A DNA stretch of 63,987 nucleotides, the filler included, from Atractiella rhizophila (Eukaryota): assembly GCA_021432655.1 (NCBI GenBank). It is 5 parts of 4 records of this genome, joined end to end, with 100 filler letters (N's around TTAATTAATTAA, not from the genome) between each part and the next. Parts side by side here need not be neighbours in the genome. Positions count along the whole stretch, not along the records: positions 1 to 30,823 come from MU271276.1; 4 more parts are not named here. The stretch is one strand, 5' to 3'. A model generated the notes under the pieces. The model saw only the letters and a program-made list of their open reading frames with translations. It did not search any database and was not told the DNA's origin. The translations under genes were made by a program, and so were the position numbers. Positions 1 through 15,468 of the stretch are shown piece after piece (position 1 is the first letter of the stretch; every line of letters begins with the position of its first letter).

Positions 1-259
1 CCCCTGTCTGATTGCAGTCAGTGCCATACCTGCGCAAGACGGAGCACCTACCATACTCAGACCGTGTTAGAAACATTGTGAAGCTGCAGGCTCAGTTGGT
101 GGGCTCGATTTGTGGACGCGTACTCTCGCGTTGCAAACCTTAGTGCTCTAGATGGCGCCGTGATTGCTGCTGATGGGCGTGAGTCAGAATGATACTGATC
201 GGGCCAATCAGCAAGCAGCTAAAAACAACCACCTATCTGCGTTTCTGCGATCGAAAGCT

Positions 260-2818
260 ATGGTAGGTTCAACACTCTCATGTAATTGCTTTCTGAAGCG
301 ATGTTCAGGCTCCCCAAACACTCTATGACAAAATATTCCAAAACCACATCGTGGCAACTCAGCCAGATGGCCAAACTCACCTCCTCTACATCGACCGCCA
401 CATCGTGCACGAAGTGACCTCCCCTCAGGCTTTNNNNNNNNNNNNNNNNNNNNNNNNNNNNNNNNNNNNNNNNNNNNNNNNNNNNNNNNNNNNNNNNNNN
501 NNNNNNNNNNNNNNNNNNNNNNNNNNNNNNNNNNNNNNNNNNNNNNNNNNNNNNNNNNNNNNNNNNNNNNNNNNNNNNNNNNNNNNNNNNNNNNNNNNNN
601 NNNNNNNNNNNNNNNNNNNNNNNNNNNNNNNNNNNNNNNNNNNNNNNNNNNNNNNNNNNNNNNNNNNNNNNNNNNNNNNNNNNNNNNNNNNNNNNNNNNN
701 NNNNNNNNNNNNNNNNNNNNNNNNNNNNNNNNNNNNNNNNNNNNNNNNNNNNNNNNNNNNNNNNNNNNNNNNNNNNNNNNNNNNNNNNNNNNNNNNNNNN
801 NNNNNNNNNNNNNNNNNNNNNNNNNNNNNNNNNNNNNNNNNNNNNNNNNNNNNNNNNNNNNNNNNNNNNNNNNNNNNNNNNNNNNNNNNNNNNNNNNNNN
901 NNNNNNNNNNNNNNNNNNNNNNNNNNNNNNNNNNNNNNNNNNNNNNNNATCCAAGTCGATGGTACTCTAGGAGAAGGTGTTAGCTCAAAGGACGTTATAT
1001 TGCACATCATCGGCGTCATTGGAACCGCTGGAGCTACAGGATGCGTCGTCGAGTATTGCGGAACGACGTTCGAAGTCTGTATTTCCAACATCTTACTGAT
1101 CCGATTAGCTGATATCAACGCAGAACATGTCGATGGAAGCTCGAATGTCAGTCTGCAACATGTCTATCGAGGCCGGAGCTCGAGCAGGTCTTGTTGCCCC
1201 TGATGAGACAACCTTCGCTTACCTCAAAGGACGCCCCATGGCGCCGAAGGGAGATGAATGGGACAAAGCAGTCGAATGGTGGAAGGTTTGTTTATCTCTT
1301 ATACCATTCTCTTCAACTCAGACGAGCACCGGATAGTCTCTACGTACCGATGCTGGAGCACATTTTGACAAAGTGGTCCTGATTAAAGCGGAGGACATCG
1401 AACCCACTGTTTCCTGGGGAAACTCTCCTCAAGACGTCGTTCCTATTACTGGAAATGTGCCGAGGCCGGAGGAGGCCACGACTGAAACTCGGAAGCAGGC
1501 GATTATTCGTGCCTTGAAGTACCAGGGTCTCGAGGCAGGCATGAAGATGGAAGATGTGAAGGTGGACAAGGTCTTTATTGGCTCATGTACCAACGCTCGA
1601 ATTGAGGATCTCCGTTCTGCTGCCTCCGTCGCCATCAATCAAAAGGTTGCTCCCAACGTCTATGCCATGGTTGTTCCTGGCTCTGGACTGGTCAAGCTTC
1701 AGGCAGAGAAGGAAGGATTGGACAAGATCTTCAAGGCTGCTGGTTTCGACTGGAGGGAGGCTGGTTGCTCCATGTGCTTGGGCATGAACCCTGACAAGCT
1801 AAAACCTGGGGAACGTTGCGCCAGCACTAGCAACAGGAATTTTGAGGGTCGGCAGGGACCTGGTGGACGGACGCATCTGATGAGCCCTGCAATGGCTGCT
1901 GCTGCCGCAGTTAAGGGCCATCTTTACGATGTCAGGAAGATGACGATCGGTGCTCTACCTTCGACGAAAGGAGAGACAGCTATCGAAGTACCAACCACTA
2001 CCACCGCCGCGGCACTGCAAGAATCGAATCCCAATGCGTCGTCCAGTGCGAGATCGAAACCTGCACCTGTTACTTCATCAAAGAAAGGTGCCGGTCTTCC
2101 CCCCTTCACGGTTTGGAAAGGTGTTGCGGCTCCTCTCCACCGTGCCAATGTCGACACGGACACAATTATCCCCGCTCGTTTCTTGAAGACTATCAAGCGG
2201 ACAGGTCTTGGATCTGCCCTCTTTGATCCCATTCGATACGACCCAGAGACGAGGGAGGAAAATCCCGATTTCATCCTCAACAAAGAACCGTACAGGCAGT
2301 CAAAAATCCTAGTGGTCACTGGAGAGAACTTTGGATGCGGTTCATCGAGGGAGCATGCGCCGTGGGCTCTGCAAGATTTTGGTATTCGCAGTATCATTGC
2401 TCCGTCATTTGCAGAGATTCATGAGAACGTGAGTACCTTTCCCGGGAGCCTCGAAGCATTCTGACGGTATATGCAGAACTTGTTCAAGAACGGCATGCTT
2501 CCTATCTCTTCTCTTTCACAGGATCAGATCCAATTGCTTGCGAAAGACGCCGAAGCTGGACAGGAATTGACGATCGACCTGCCACGACAGGTCATTGTCC
2601 GTCCGAATGGGGAAGAGATACCATTTGAAGTAGAGGAGTTTAGAAAGCATTGCCTCGTCAATGGCCTCGACGATATTGGCCTGACGTTGGCAATGACTGA
2701 CAAAATCGAAGAGTATGAGTCCATGCGAGAAAAGACTTGGCCCTGGCTAGAGGGGAACGGGCATAACGGAAAGTTGATCGCGTCTGGTAAGGAAAACAAA
2801 ATTGACATTGACTGGTAA
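260..2818 (+). CDS. LEU1: 3-isopropylmalate dehydratase (fused large and small subunit), multi-exon, interrupted by an N gap
   Basis: ATG at 260, intron 263-308, then [10 protein letters not shown]...[16 protein letters not shown]. Also [52 protein letters not shown] and [15 protein letters not shown]. Confidence 0.97.
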
Positions 2819-2932
2819 AGTGTAGAGTACACTTTATAAATTTCCAGACTGCTCAAAATGTAATAACAGCATTCAGAATCGATCGTCGATCTTTCATTGA
2901 TGAAATAATACTCGCTGAAGATGAACAATCGC

Positions 2933-4486
2933 TTAGTACCAATCGGCAACATCTCCCACTTCGCTCGTCACACCTTTCCCACTTCCTCTCCAAACTTCCT
3001 TTCGTAGTAACTGCTCCACCACCTTTGCGATTGATAAGCAGCTGGTCAACCCTGGACTCTCGATCCCCAGCAAGTTGATTAGTCCATGGCGATCGTGTGT
3101 TATTGAGAAGTCGTGAAAGTTTCGACCCAGTTTTGGGCGAATACCGCAATCTGTCGTACCATTTTACTTTTGAGAAACACATAAAAAGCAGGCTTACAGT
3201 CGGGTTGAAATCCTTCCCACCGAACGTCGGGGAGATACTTCTTTACCTCCTCATACGCTTCTCGCATCCTTTCTTCATTCGGCTGCAAGTGTCTCTCCCA
3301 GAAATCTTCCTCTTCGTCCCCTTCTGCGGGCTCAATCCATTCAACGTCCTTCAGCAGTAGGCAGCGTTAGTATGGTTCTCTTGGACTGAAGGGTGGGAGA
3401 AAGCGTACGGGCCCAAACCGGATCTTCCCCTCCATGTCGAACGTCAAATGTGTACCCAAGCCGCTCAGTCCTTCTCTTGGACATGGATATAATAATTTCT
3501 TCACGCCATCTATCCCAGGGCCACGATATGAGAAGTAAGATCCTTTGGCATAGAACAATTTCTTGGTGTCGTCGTCCTTGAGAGCGAGATTCGCGATCTT
3601 ATGGGCTGAGAGTCCAGCCGCGTTTATAATGGAGCCGCAGAGGATAGCGTCACGCTCTCCCGATCCAGCAGTTTCCAGCTGCACGACCCATCCCACGTCT
3701 GTTCCGTCGCCTCGTTTGCCTTTCCCACTCTCTCCTTCCGCCTTGTCGATCCGCACGACCTTCGTTCCCACCACGACTTCTCCATATTCGCTCTCCGCGA
3801 TCTCTTGCTCTAGGGATGCCATCAGCGCGTGGGAGTCGACGATGCCAGTTTCGGGAGATAGGAGAGCGCCACAGACATTCGGGGAGAGGGAAGGTTCCAT
3901 TTCTGTCGCTTGTTGAGGGGAAAGTGCCTGAATAGGGACGCCAACGTTAGTCGCGTGGGTCAAGACGCAGTTGAGATATTGTTGTTGAGAGCGCGAGGTG
4001 GAAATGACTAGTTTCCCGCATTTTCGGTGAGGGATTGATCGGGAGGAGAGGTAGGAATAGAGGTCTTTCCGGCCTTGGATGGAGAGGCGAGTTTTGAGGC
4101 TGTTTGGTGGGTAATAGATCCCTGCGTGAATCACTGTGCCCCGTTGGTATTAGCCACGCGTTCTTTTCTGCTAAAAGGAGGGTGAAATAAAACACCTTCG
4201 CTGTTGCGAGAAGAGGTTTCCTGCCCAACGAGGGCACGCCTAGCTTCACTTGAGTGAAGTTCAGACTGAGCGGATGTGTGGACGTACCTCTCAACGACGA
4301 ATACAGGACGCTTATTCAGCCCTCTGACCAGCCTTGCTCCTATTGACAGTCCCACGACGCCTCCTCCTGGTTGCAGGTTGAATTCGAATTCAAGCTGTTA
4401 ACGGTTGTGCAAAGAAGCGACGAACCGATCACGATGGTGCCACCGGACAAGCTTTGAGACGGCGAGAGAAATGGAGGAGGACGCAT
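2933..4486 (-). CDS. FAD-dependent oxidoreductase, L-2-hydroxyglutarate dehydrogenase-like, multi-exon
   Basis: Spliced TIVIGGGVVGLSIG Rossmann motif, ETSSRNSE/VIHAGIYYP, ETGIVDSHALM, INAAGLSA, YAKGSYF, GLGTHLTFD and SPGLTSC. Ends are approximate. Confidence 0.85.
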
Positions 4487-5064
4487 TTTGCATCATTCAG
4501 TGTTCATTTCAAGTTGGAGGGATGTTGAAGTGCAGGTGATACAAGGTTTGCCATGAGCACGTGGAAAACCACGATCCCCTTGTTTTGAATCAGTTTATTG
4601 AAGCATCAAATATTTTGAGTAAGCTAGTACTATTGCATGCCAAAGTATCTAGTAGTTATCGTGTATTTACATCGCTCACCGACAGGATACTCAGCAGCTT
4701 TCCTCAAACCGATAATTTCTGATGATCTTCTCTGTTACCCATTTTATGATTGATCCGCACAAATATCTGAAGAATGAATGAATATATACTTATCAGCATA
4801 ACTTGTTTACAGTCATCTGATAATAGACTTCCATCCAGGAGCTAGCAAAGTCCCAAAAGAGAGAGAAGGTGTCCCGCTTTCGGCTAACCGTCTGTTTCAC
4901 GGGGTCTGCAAAGCACAATAAAAACGACCTCGACGTTTCGAAGCTCGAATATACGCTCTGCAGACCCGACATCAGGAGCGCCACCAACTGTACGTTAGCC
5001 TAGGAACTTCGTATTACTCACCACTAACGCGCGGGAGAAGCCAGAAACAACAATAGCCGGCTAG

Positions 5065-6629
<1,565 letters not shown>

Positions 6630-6733
6630 TAGCAGTCAGATTGATGGTTGGCGGTGCCGTCCTTCCTCTGGAAACTACATACCATTTTGGTGCCATACAT
6701 TGAAAAATGATAATTAGGGTTTGTAACGGGCAC

Positions 6734-7761
6734 ATGATGGGATCATCAAGGATGGTCTATGGGACATCTACAACGACATTCACATGGGCAACTGGTCCGT
6801 TTCTTATTTCACTGTCTCCCTTCTAGGCTAAGATGTCGGCTATAACAGCGCTGAAGAGACAGCAAAGAAGTATTCCATCACACGGGAAGATCAAGATAAT
6901 TTCGCCATCGAATCATACTCTCGTTCCACGAAGGCCTGGGCAGCAGGAGTTTACAAGAACGAGATCGTGCCAGTGACGATCCCTGACCCGCGGAAGGGAG
7001 ATGTCGAGGTTGTAGAGGATGAGGATTACAGCAAGCTGAAGCTCGACAAGATCAAGACTCTCAAACCCGTCTTCCAGAAGAACGGTGGAACCGTCACCGC
7101 TGCCAACGCGTCGAATCTCAACGATGGCGCCTCGGCTCTCGTGTTGGCGACCCAGGCTAAGGCAGACGAGTTGAGCGTGAAGCCGCTCGCTAAGATCATT
7201 GGTTTGTCTATTGTTCAAAGGCTAGAACATCGGCTGATGAAGAATCACTAAATGCAGCATACGCTGATGGCGCTTGCGCACCTATCGACTTCCCTATCGC
7301 TCCTGCGACTGCTTCTATTCCCGCTGCTCTCAAGAAGGCGGGCCTGAAGGCGGAGGACATTAACTTGTGGGAGATCAACGAGGCTTTCTCTGTCGTTGTT
7401 CCGGCTTCTTGCAAGATCCTTGGGATCAGCACGGACAAAATCAACGGTTCGTTTTCGCTCTTGGTGAAAGTCATGTTGTTGAACGTGTCTACGTGGCAGT
7501 GAATGGAGGAGCTGTTGCTCTTGGACACGCTATCGGCAGCTCCGGCAGTAGGATCGTGGTGTCCCTCGTCCACGCACTCAAGCAAGGCGAATATGGTTGT
7601 GCTGCCGTGTGCAATGGAGGTGGCGGATCGAGTGCCATCATCGTTCAGAAACTGTGATAGCAGTCAGATTGATGGTTGGCGGTGCCGTCCTTCCTCTGGA
7701 AACTACATACCATTTTGGTGCCATACATTGAAAAATGATAATTAGGGTTTGTAACGGGCAC
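6734..7761 (+). repeat. Tandem 1028-bp second copy of 5706-6733 (3' part of thiolase plus 3' UTR), lacking the 5' exons
   Basis: Direct alignment at offset 1028. The differences seen are synonymous or intronic. Confidence 0.95.
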
Positions 7762-8072
7762 TATGCTACAGATGCGCACAGCCAGGATGGTACTGCATTT
7801 GGGGTGTAGCTTTCGTTCTTGCAAACTGGAAGCAACAAAAGCTGCGAGGCAAATTGTCTCGGATTCGATAGCCAGAGTCACTTTAAGCCGAAGACGAATT
7901 TCTGGTTGTCTGACAAACCCGGAAGGAGGGTGTTGAGTACGACGTAGAGCAAGATGATTGCTAGTACTAAGAAATAGGAGCTTCTAAGAACCAGCCTTGG
8001 GAAGGGAGGTACCTGCGATAACAAAACAATTGCGTAGAATACAATCCACTAATGAAAGGCTACTAATCTCAA

Positions 8073-10573
8073 TCATAAAAATCTTGTCTTGCTTCTGCTG
8101 GCGCTCCGGATATCCCTAACGTTCCTTCGTTTCGTCCTACCGCTCCTTCCGGCTTCATCACCTTTCCATTCCTCTTGCCGCTTTCCTTTTTCCATTCCCA
8201 CGCCCATCTCCTCATTCTTCCTAATTTTCTCCTTGATTCTCTGCCGCTTCTCATCTCTTTTCTTCTCAACAAACTCCGTGGAAGGAATATATGACATCTC
8301 CATATTCCCTCCGCCGATATGCTTGACCTCCCCATCGTTATCGCGAGTATTTTCTCCGCCAGCTCTCCCACTGGATGGCTTTGTGTGGAGACGTTTCCCA
8401 AAAGACTGATCAACAGACGAATTCATATCCTCATCCCCGGAGATGAGGCGGAACCTCTCCTTTGGCTCCGGTATAGGTCTTTTTCGAACGTTGGAAGAAG
8501 AGGGATTGATAGATGACGTTAGGAAATCCTGCAGATCTGTATCCACAGCCGCTTTTCGCGGAGTTGGTGGTTCAGCTCCTTCTTCAATGTCTTCATCCTC
8601 GTCCTCATCTTCATCAGCGCTCGACTCGACATCGCGCATATGAACATCGGGTTTGGATCGCTATACCGGTCTTCAGAGCTAGGTTCTCGCTGAAGAACAA
8701 GTCAAAAGGACATACCGCTACAGTCGACGGGTTGAGGAGAGCGAACTCTCTCGACTCCTCGTCGATTTCAAAATCTTCGTCCTCGAAAAGTGCTTTAAAT
8801 CGTTCGTCCTTGAGGATGTTCTCGGCGTCTTTTGTTTTGCTCTTTCTCTTCCCTCCTTCTCCTTCCACCAATCTCTTCGCCAAGGCTCGATTGACTTTAA
8901 CCTTGGATACATCCACCGATCCCTCCTCGCTTGTTTTGATCGGTTTCTTGATACCTCGTATCCGTGACTCTTGCTCCTTTTCGAGCTTGAGAGCAGCTTG
9001 TTTCTTTTTATATTCTGCGAATTCGAAAGGTTGGGCAATGGCGCGTGCCTTGGAGTAAGTAGAGAGCGGCAGGAAGTAGCCGTGCATGTAAGGTCGCAAC
9101 GTAGGAGTCCCAAGAAGTTTTTCTAGACCAAGACTATGTCGCATAGTCAATTAATGTGCGTAATAAGTGATGGTGCAACCTACCTCTCGAGCTCAGCAGC
9201 GTCGACAAACTTGTAATCCTCCCAAATAGTTTCTTCCTGAACCCCATCTTCCATTTCCTCTGTCATGGATTCGAGGAATCGGCACCATTTAGGAGCAGGT
9301 CCCAGTTTGGGTACAAAATAGGATGTCAGGGAAGGATGGTCGTTTGCGAGAAAAATTAGACCGCTCTGAGGATATACGTGCATGTCGGTAATATTGGACG
9401 ATGGGTTTATCGAAAACATATTGGTGCCCTTGGCAGAACATTAGTGACAATAGACCAAAAAAGGGGAACCCACAGCTCTAGACTCCCACACCTTCAGCAC
9501 CTTTTCATCAACAGTCGCTAGCCAATTCGACGACTCCATATCCATTCCTTCCGCTCTCGAAACCCACTCAACCTTCTTAATAGGCATACCGTACCCCTGA
9601 TCCTTGCTCTGATAAGGTCTGTCGCTCCTCAAATCGTACAAGAAGGTATGCCCAGAGGAGGTACCAACAGCAAGGTTTAATCCATCCCATTTACTAGCAA
9701 GAGCAGTGATCCCAGAAACCTTGAGCGCTGAATGAGAAGTTGATGCGTGCGATCTTGCGCTTGACTCTATGAGAAGTCGACCAGCTTTTTCCCGTGCTCG
9801 AGGATCCCAAAACTCGACGGCACCAGCATCCTTCCCGTCTTTCTGAATGCCGAAACACACTAGCCCGTGGACAGGATTAACATCAACTGCGTTGACCCCG
9901 ACGACATCCTCTTCTTGCATCGTCCATCCTTGAAGAAAAGTGCCCCGCTCGAGATTGAAACGCCAAACTTCAGGACCATCTCCTCCAAGTAGGGCATCGC
10001 AGCTGACAAAGTGATAGGCGAGAGAACGACCAGGATGAGGTGTGCGGATGGACGCAACTTGAGACGATTGGTTATGGAAAGTTACCGTGCGAAAAGGGTG
10101 GAGATGTATCTGTTTCGTCCAGTCCTCGGAGAGAGTCTAGTACTTCCTTCTTCAACAAAAAGCTCCGAGATAAAATAAAGGAAACTGTACAACAAAATCT
10201 ATAGTCTCTAAATCTGTAACACGCTCGTTCTTCAGTCCGAGCTCAGCAAGCTCCCACACCCTCATTCTTGGCTTGTAGGTGCCAACGGAGATCAAATATT
10301 TTCCATCTCTCGTTGATTTAATCTTTTGTGAAGCAGTGGGAAAGTCGAAATCTTGCAGCAGACGTAGCTCTCCTTCACCTCCAGTTCCGCCTTGACCGCC
10401 GCGCCGTTTGCGGTTCTTTTTAAGATGCGGATTTGTGATCCAGTCTGAAGCAGACTTGGAAGTCAAAGGTCCATTGACAGTATAAACTCGAGTTGTGGCT
10501 CCCGATGAAGCGAGTGTAATGACTTTAAAAAATGATTACTCCACGAGCATACAGAGTTTCAAAACTTACCCAT
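8073..10573 (-). CDS. ENP2: Ribosome biogenesis WD40 protein NOL10/Enp2, multi-exon
   Basis: LLQDFDFPTASQKIKSTRDGKYLISVGTYKPRMRVWEL, IHLHPFRTVTFH, PKLGPAPKWCRFLE, LRPYMHGYF and NUC153-like DERFKALFEDEDFEIDEES. Confidence 0.92.
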
Positions 10574-10992
10574 CTAGCTTAACAATTTGTCTTACTGCTC
10601 GCTGGTCTGGGCTTCCAATGCAAACGTCTCTTGTCTGTAAAACAAAGTTGCACAAAAAATTGCCACCCCCAACTTTAAGAATAAAATAGCCCGAACGTTA
10701 AAAGCAGTTTATCTTAAATTTTCCGAACGTCAATCTCACGTTAACATTTTCTTCAGACTATGTATTTTCTCGTGCAGGATCCTATGGGAGCATATGTTCT
10801 TGAAACAACACTTTGACCGTCTAAAATGTTGGCTGTATAATGAAGAGAAGCATATTGAAAACTTCCATCAGGGCAAGCCAAAGATACTCCGATAGGAGCC
10901 TTTGAGAAAGACGAATGCTGGTGTAACACTGGGAGCAGCCTCACAACAAAATAAGAATAAGAGGAATCAAGAAAGAAACCAACAGAGCCATA

Positions 10993-13900
10993 TTACAGTA
11001 TATGATTGTCAAGAGATTGAAGCAAATTTCTGTTACGAGGCGTATCATCCGCAGGTTTGACAGTTCGATCGCTACCACCGCTTCCTCCTGAATCGTCCAT
11101 CTTCAAGTCTTCAGAGTATTCGACATATTGCATCATCGAAAGGGGCTCGACTTCGTCAAAGGATTCTTCGGAGACGGCAGGCGACCATTTCCGCTTACGA
11201 GGCGTTTCTCCAGTAGAGACGTCTTGAAGTTTAATGTTCTCCAAGTCGTTGCTTAAGCGATCGCTCAGTTCCTGTAGATGTGTACTTGTTCGGGAAAAGA
11301 ATTGCTCTGACGAATGCCAAAATTCTTGCGTCTGGAGATCACGGTTATCTTCCTCCTTGCATAAAACAAGCAACTTGCCTGCTCAATGGTTACTTTGGAC
11401 GTCGAGGCAACATCCGAGGCCAAAGTCTTGAGGTCGTCTAAGACCAGCTGATTGGTGTCGTGGGTGTGCGAAATTGCAGTTGAGTTGAGTAGCTCAATCT
11501 CGCGCCAATCGAGATCCAAAGATGACGAATCTTATCACCGCTTAGGCAGGGGCAGTGAACAAGGATCTGGAACTTACGAGATTGAAGGAGCTGATTCGTA
11601 CGAGACCGCGACTGTGCAAATCCCTCACTGACAACGCGGTATGCTTGAACTCGTCTTTCGTGATGAGAAGTGAGAGATGCCCGCAACGTATCCAAGGAAT
11701 CGTGGGTCTAGAACTCGCAATTAGCAACGCAAAGATGATGGCAAGGTATTGTCGTACCAATGCAGTCTCCGTGCTTCGCTCTCCCGCGACTTCTAGGCCA
11801 GATCGCAGTCCATCTAAAGCATCCTCTGTATGTTCAGATAACGCGTCAAAGGCACTGAACCGTTCTTGAGTATACCAATCTCGGCGTTCGGCAGCCTGCT
11901 CAAAAGCTTTTGACAAGTCTAGGAGAGGCGACGCGGCTTCTTCAGTCTGATCAAACTCGTCTAGTGCTTGAGAAATGAGGCTCCGAAGGCGTGAGCGGGC
12001 TTTCAACGATGAGTTGTTTTGTTCTCGAAGAAGGCGATTTTGCTCTTTGATACGATGAAGCTGCAACTTTAATCAACCAAGAACATCAAAGGAAGCGTCG
12101 CCTCACCTCTTCAGCCAAGGCTCGCCGCTCCAGCTCTCTCAACTTGTCGAGACCCTCTAGATTCGTTTGGAGATGGGAAGAGGCGTTGTATACGGCAGTC
12201 CGGATCCCAGTCAACAAGGTCTCAAGGTCTGTGTGCACCTTAGAGGGACATCAGTCCTTATTCCGTCATCAACTAGCAACATACACTTTGAAGTAGCGCG
12301 TCAATGGCAGCAATCTCAACCTGAAAAGTTGTCTGGTCTTCCTCACGAATGTCACTCAACTGTAATGCGATGGTGTTTCTGTTTAATTCTTCCCCAAACT
12401 CTCTCTTGAGCGTGTGCGAGGTACTATTGATATTTTGTAGATGCTCAGTGCAGGAATCGGCAATCTGTCGAGCCACGCGATCCCTATCAGACAGTGATTC
12501 TAAAAGTTGTCCCAAGTTGTCCATGTAGGAACGAAGGTTGGAAATGTGCTTTGAGGTCTGACTCGTAAACGTCGTTTGTGTGAGTTGAAAGGTTTTGAGA
12601 CGGCTGTCTAACTCTTTGATTAGGTCTAAAAAACTGGATTTTACGCCGGTAAGAGCCTCCGAGTTTGTAGATGCCGCGTTCGTTTTGCGCTCTGTTTAGA
12701 AGAGACGTCAATGAGGAAGTCGTAGATGGAAGTTCTAGGAAGGTGGACTTGCCAATTTTTGCCCAGAGCGCCTGATTTGTCGCCTGTTGCCCCAACGCCT
12801 TCTCCTTCCACTCCTTCCCCTTCCGCGACGCATTCTCCTTCTCCTGCCACAGCTTCTTCATCGTGCGCTTTAGGTTCTCAAGTTCATTGTTCTTGGCTGC
12901 CAACGCGGTACGATCCTCATTTGACTCTTCGGTCTTCGTCCGTAGAAGAGTTGCGTTACGTTCTACCTGGCTTTGTAATATGTCGTTCTGCCGCCTTGCT
13001 TCTTCCAATACCATTCTTTGTTGTTCACGCTCCCCATTGAGCTCGTTCCAAGACTCCGGTGAGAGAAAAATACCATTCTTCTCGCGCGCAGCCTGAACTG
13101 CCATCAGATCAGTTCATCAATGCGCCGGAAAGGAGGCGAACAAGCAAGTCAGCCTTCAGACGCTCAATCTCAAAAGCATATTGGTTGAGCAGAGCCCCCT
13201 TCGTCATTCTCTGGTTTACCTCTGGCTTATTCTTTATGGATTTCGCACGCATAGCATAGTCGAGAGTAGATAGTGTCTCTTCTAGATTCGATTTGACGGG
13301 GCTGATGGTGGCAATAATGCACGTCTTCGTTTTGCCTCCCAAAGAATCTTGAAGAAGTCGTGTAAGTTTCGATTCTCTGCCATCTTGCGTGAGCGCGGGA
13401 AGAGGGGAAGCTTGGAAATTACCGATACGGAATATGAACGCCAGCCCCTGTTTTGACACCACCTGAAGCAACCAATGCATTGATGACACGTCCAAGCGTA
13501 AGTAGAGACTGATTGATCATCCCAGCTTCTCGAGCCCGTACACCTTTATCCGCACCACTTCTCCCCACATTCTCAGAACCTGCCAAATCTACCAGGTTCA
13601 GCTTTCCGACTCGTAAAAGGTCCTCGCCTGTCGCTGATGACTCTTTGAGGTGGACTGTGATTGAGAAGACGGAATGTGAGCGCCTGTACATTCATAATTT
13701 AGTCAGCTAGAGCAGAGATCCGGGCAGTAACACACGAGCTTTGTTCATTGCATTTCGTTGCAGCTTGCACGCGAAGCGATGATCCTCTCTGGAGCACCTT
13801 AATGCCTTCGGTGGCAGAAGAAATGAGTGTCTCCTCCAATCCGGTGATCACTACCCCGCCACCCTTTTTGGGATCCTCAAATATCCTCAAAGGTTCAAGT

Positions 13901-14838
13901 TTCCCTCGATCAGCATCTGTAATGTTGAGATCTCGAAGTTCTTCGTTGTACAGTTCAACGAAGGAGACGCGAACAGTGTATTCTGAACGAATGGACTCGA
14001 GATTGTCGAATAAGTCATGCAGAGTCCGAGGGATGAGACCCGCGTCCGGAGGAACAGTGCTGAACACCGAGGAGGAAGAAGGGAACATGAAAGAAGCATC
14101 GGAAGCAGCCGCTAAGACGTCGTCTGGGAGGATTCCCTCCATGGTGTACCTGTCGAAAATGTAAATATTCTGAGTGAAGACGAGGGGGGAAAGCGTACGT
14201 CTTCCCTGTGCCAGTTTGGCCGTAGCAGAAGATTGTTCTATTCCTCGTCAACATAACTGTTCTGGCACGGAAAAGGGAGACCCACGCGTTGTATCCCATC
14301 ATGACTTCCTTGAGCAAAGGCTTCGCAACGTTCTCGTACACCTCGATCTGTTCGCTTTCAGGTCCAAAGACATGATCGAAATTCCATGTCTTGTTCGCAT
14401 GTGGCGCCGCATATGTTGACGTTGAAGCAGCGTTGACAAGAGATGGGGAGACAGAAACAGTTGAGCCCTTTCCACCAGCCGTCGTAATAGCGATAGGTGA
14501 ATTAGCGCTGATCTCATTGGGGGACCGGCCTCTGCACAACTCACTTACCAAGTCAACTTCGGATGCAAAGGAGAAGCGTACCGACACCTGATCACAACCT
14601 GAACTCTTGCCTCCTCCTCCTGTCTCTTCGCATTTGCGTTCAAGCCCGCAGTCGCAGAACCGGTATTCGAGGAAATGGAGTTAAGTCTGCCTATCCTTTG
14701 TCTCCCCACTGGCAAGCCACTAGCAGCCCGAATGCCACGTCCATTTCCAACTCTGGACTTTTCTTCAACCGACGGAGTGCTTCTACCGCTCGTACCGGAG
14801 GTGTTGGACGCCAATCTACTCGTTGGTCTTGAAGACAT
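10993..14838 (-). CDS. Kinesin-5 (BimC/Cut7/Kip1 family), multi-exon
   Basis: [18 protein letters not shown]-loop, [79 protein letters not shown], and BimC-box-like [10 protein letters not shown]. Confidence 0.93.
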
Positions 14839-15468
14839 TTCGTCGTTGGTGAACACGGTCCCGAGACGCGTTCATCCCGTTAATCAGGTGACTTGTAAAC
14901 AACCACTCCCTACTTCTGAGGATGGATCTGAGTTTCAGCGTGTCTCTCATGTACCCCTTAGATAACTCTAACTCGGGGACGGTAGCGCCATGGATGAACC
15001 TGTACCTGTTCTGATGTAACGGTCAAGAATGGATGGGACTCGTTCTGGGGCTAGAACAGAGTGGTGCGTTTCCTTGTCTGTTGCAAGGTGTGTCTATCTG
15101 CGCGCAAACACAATAGGCACTCCTCCGAATGGAGACTGGTGATTGAAGCGACAAAAGGTCATATTCCTAGTCGGATCCTGGATACATGATCGTGGTGGCG
15201 TGAATCCTGAGTACTTCCAGCCTGAGAAATACTGAGTACTGTCTACTGTCTCAATTCTACGTCATAAACGCCTATTTCCTATACTACCTTCGGCACAGTC
15301 CACGCACCTATGCTCCTGTGCTAGCTCTGACAGCATATTCAAAGTTTTGTGTCGTTTGCGTTGATGGCCAACAGGCTAACCTTCCGTCTTGCCCTGAAGC
15401 GTAAAGCCAGTATAAAACTGCTCCGAGCATAGATGCAACATGCTAGACATTGATCCAGGTCGTTTGTT

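Noticed and set aside
434..948. ORFs spanning the N gap
   Set aside because: They are artefacts of unknown bases; the gap lies inside LEU1.
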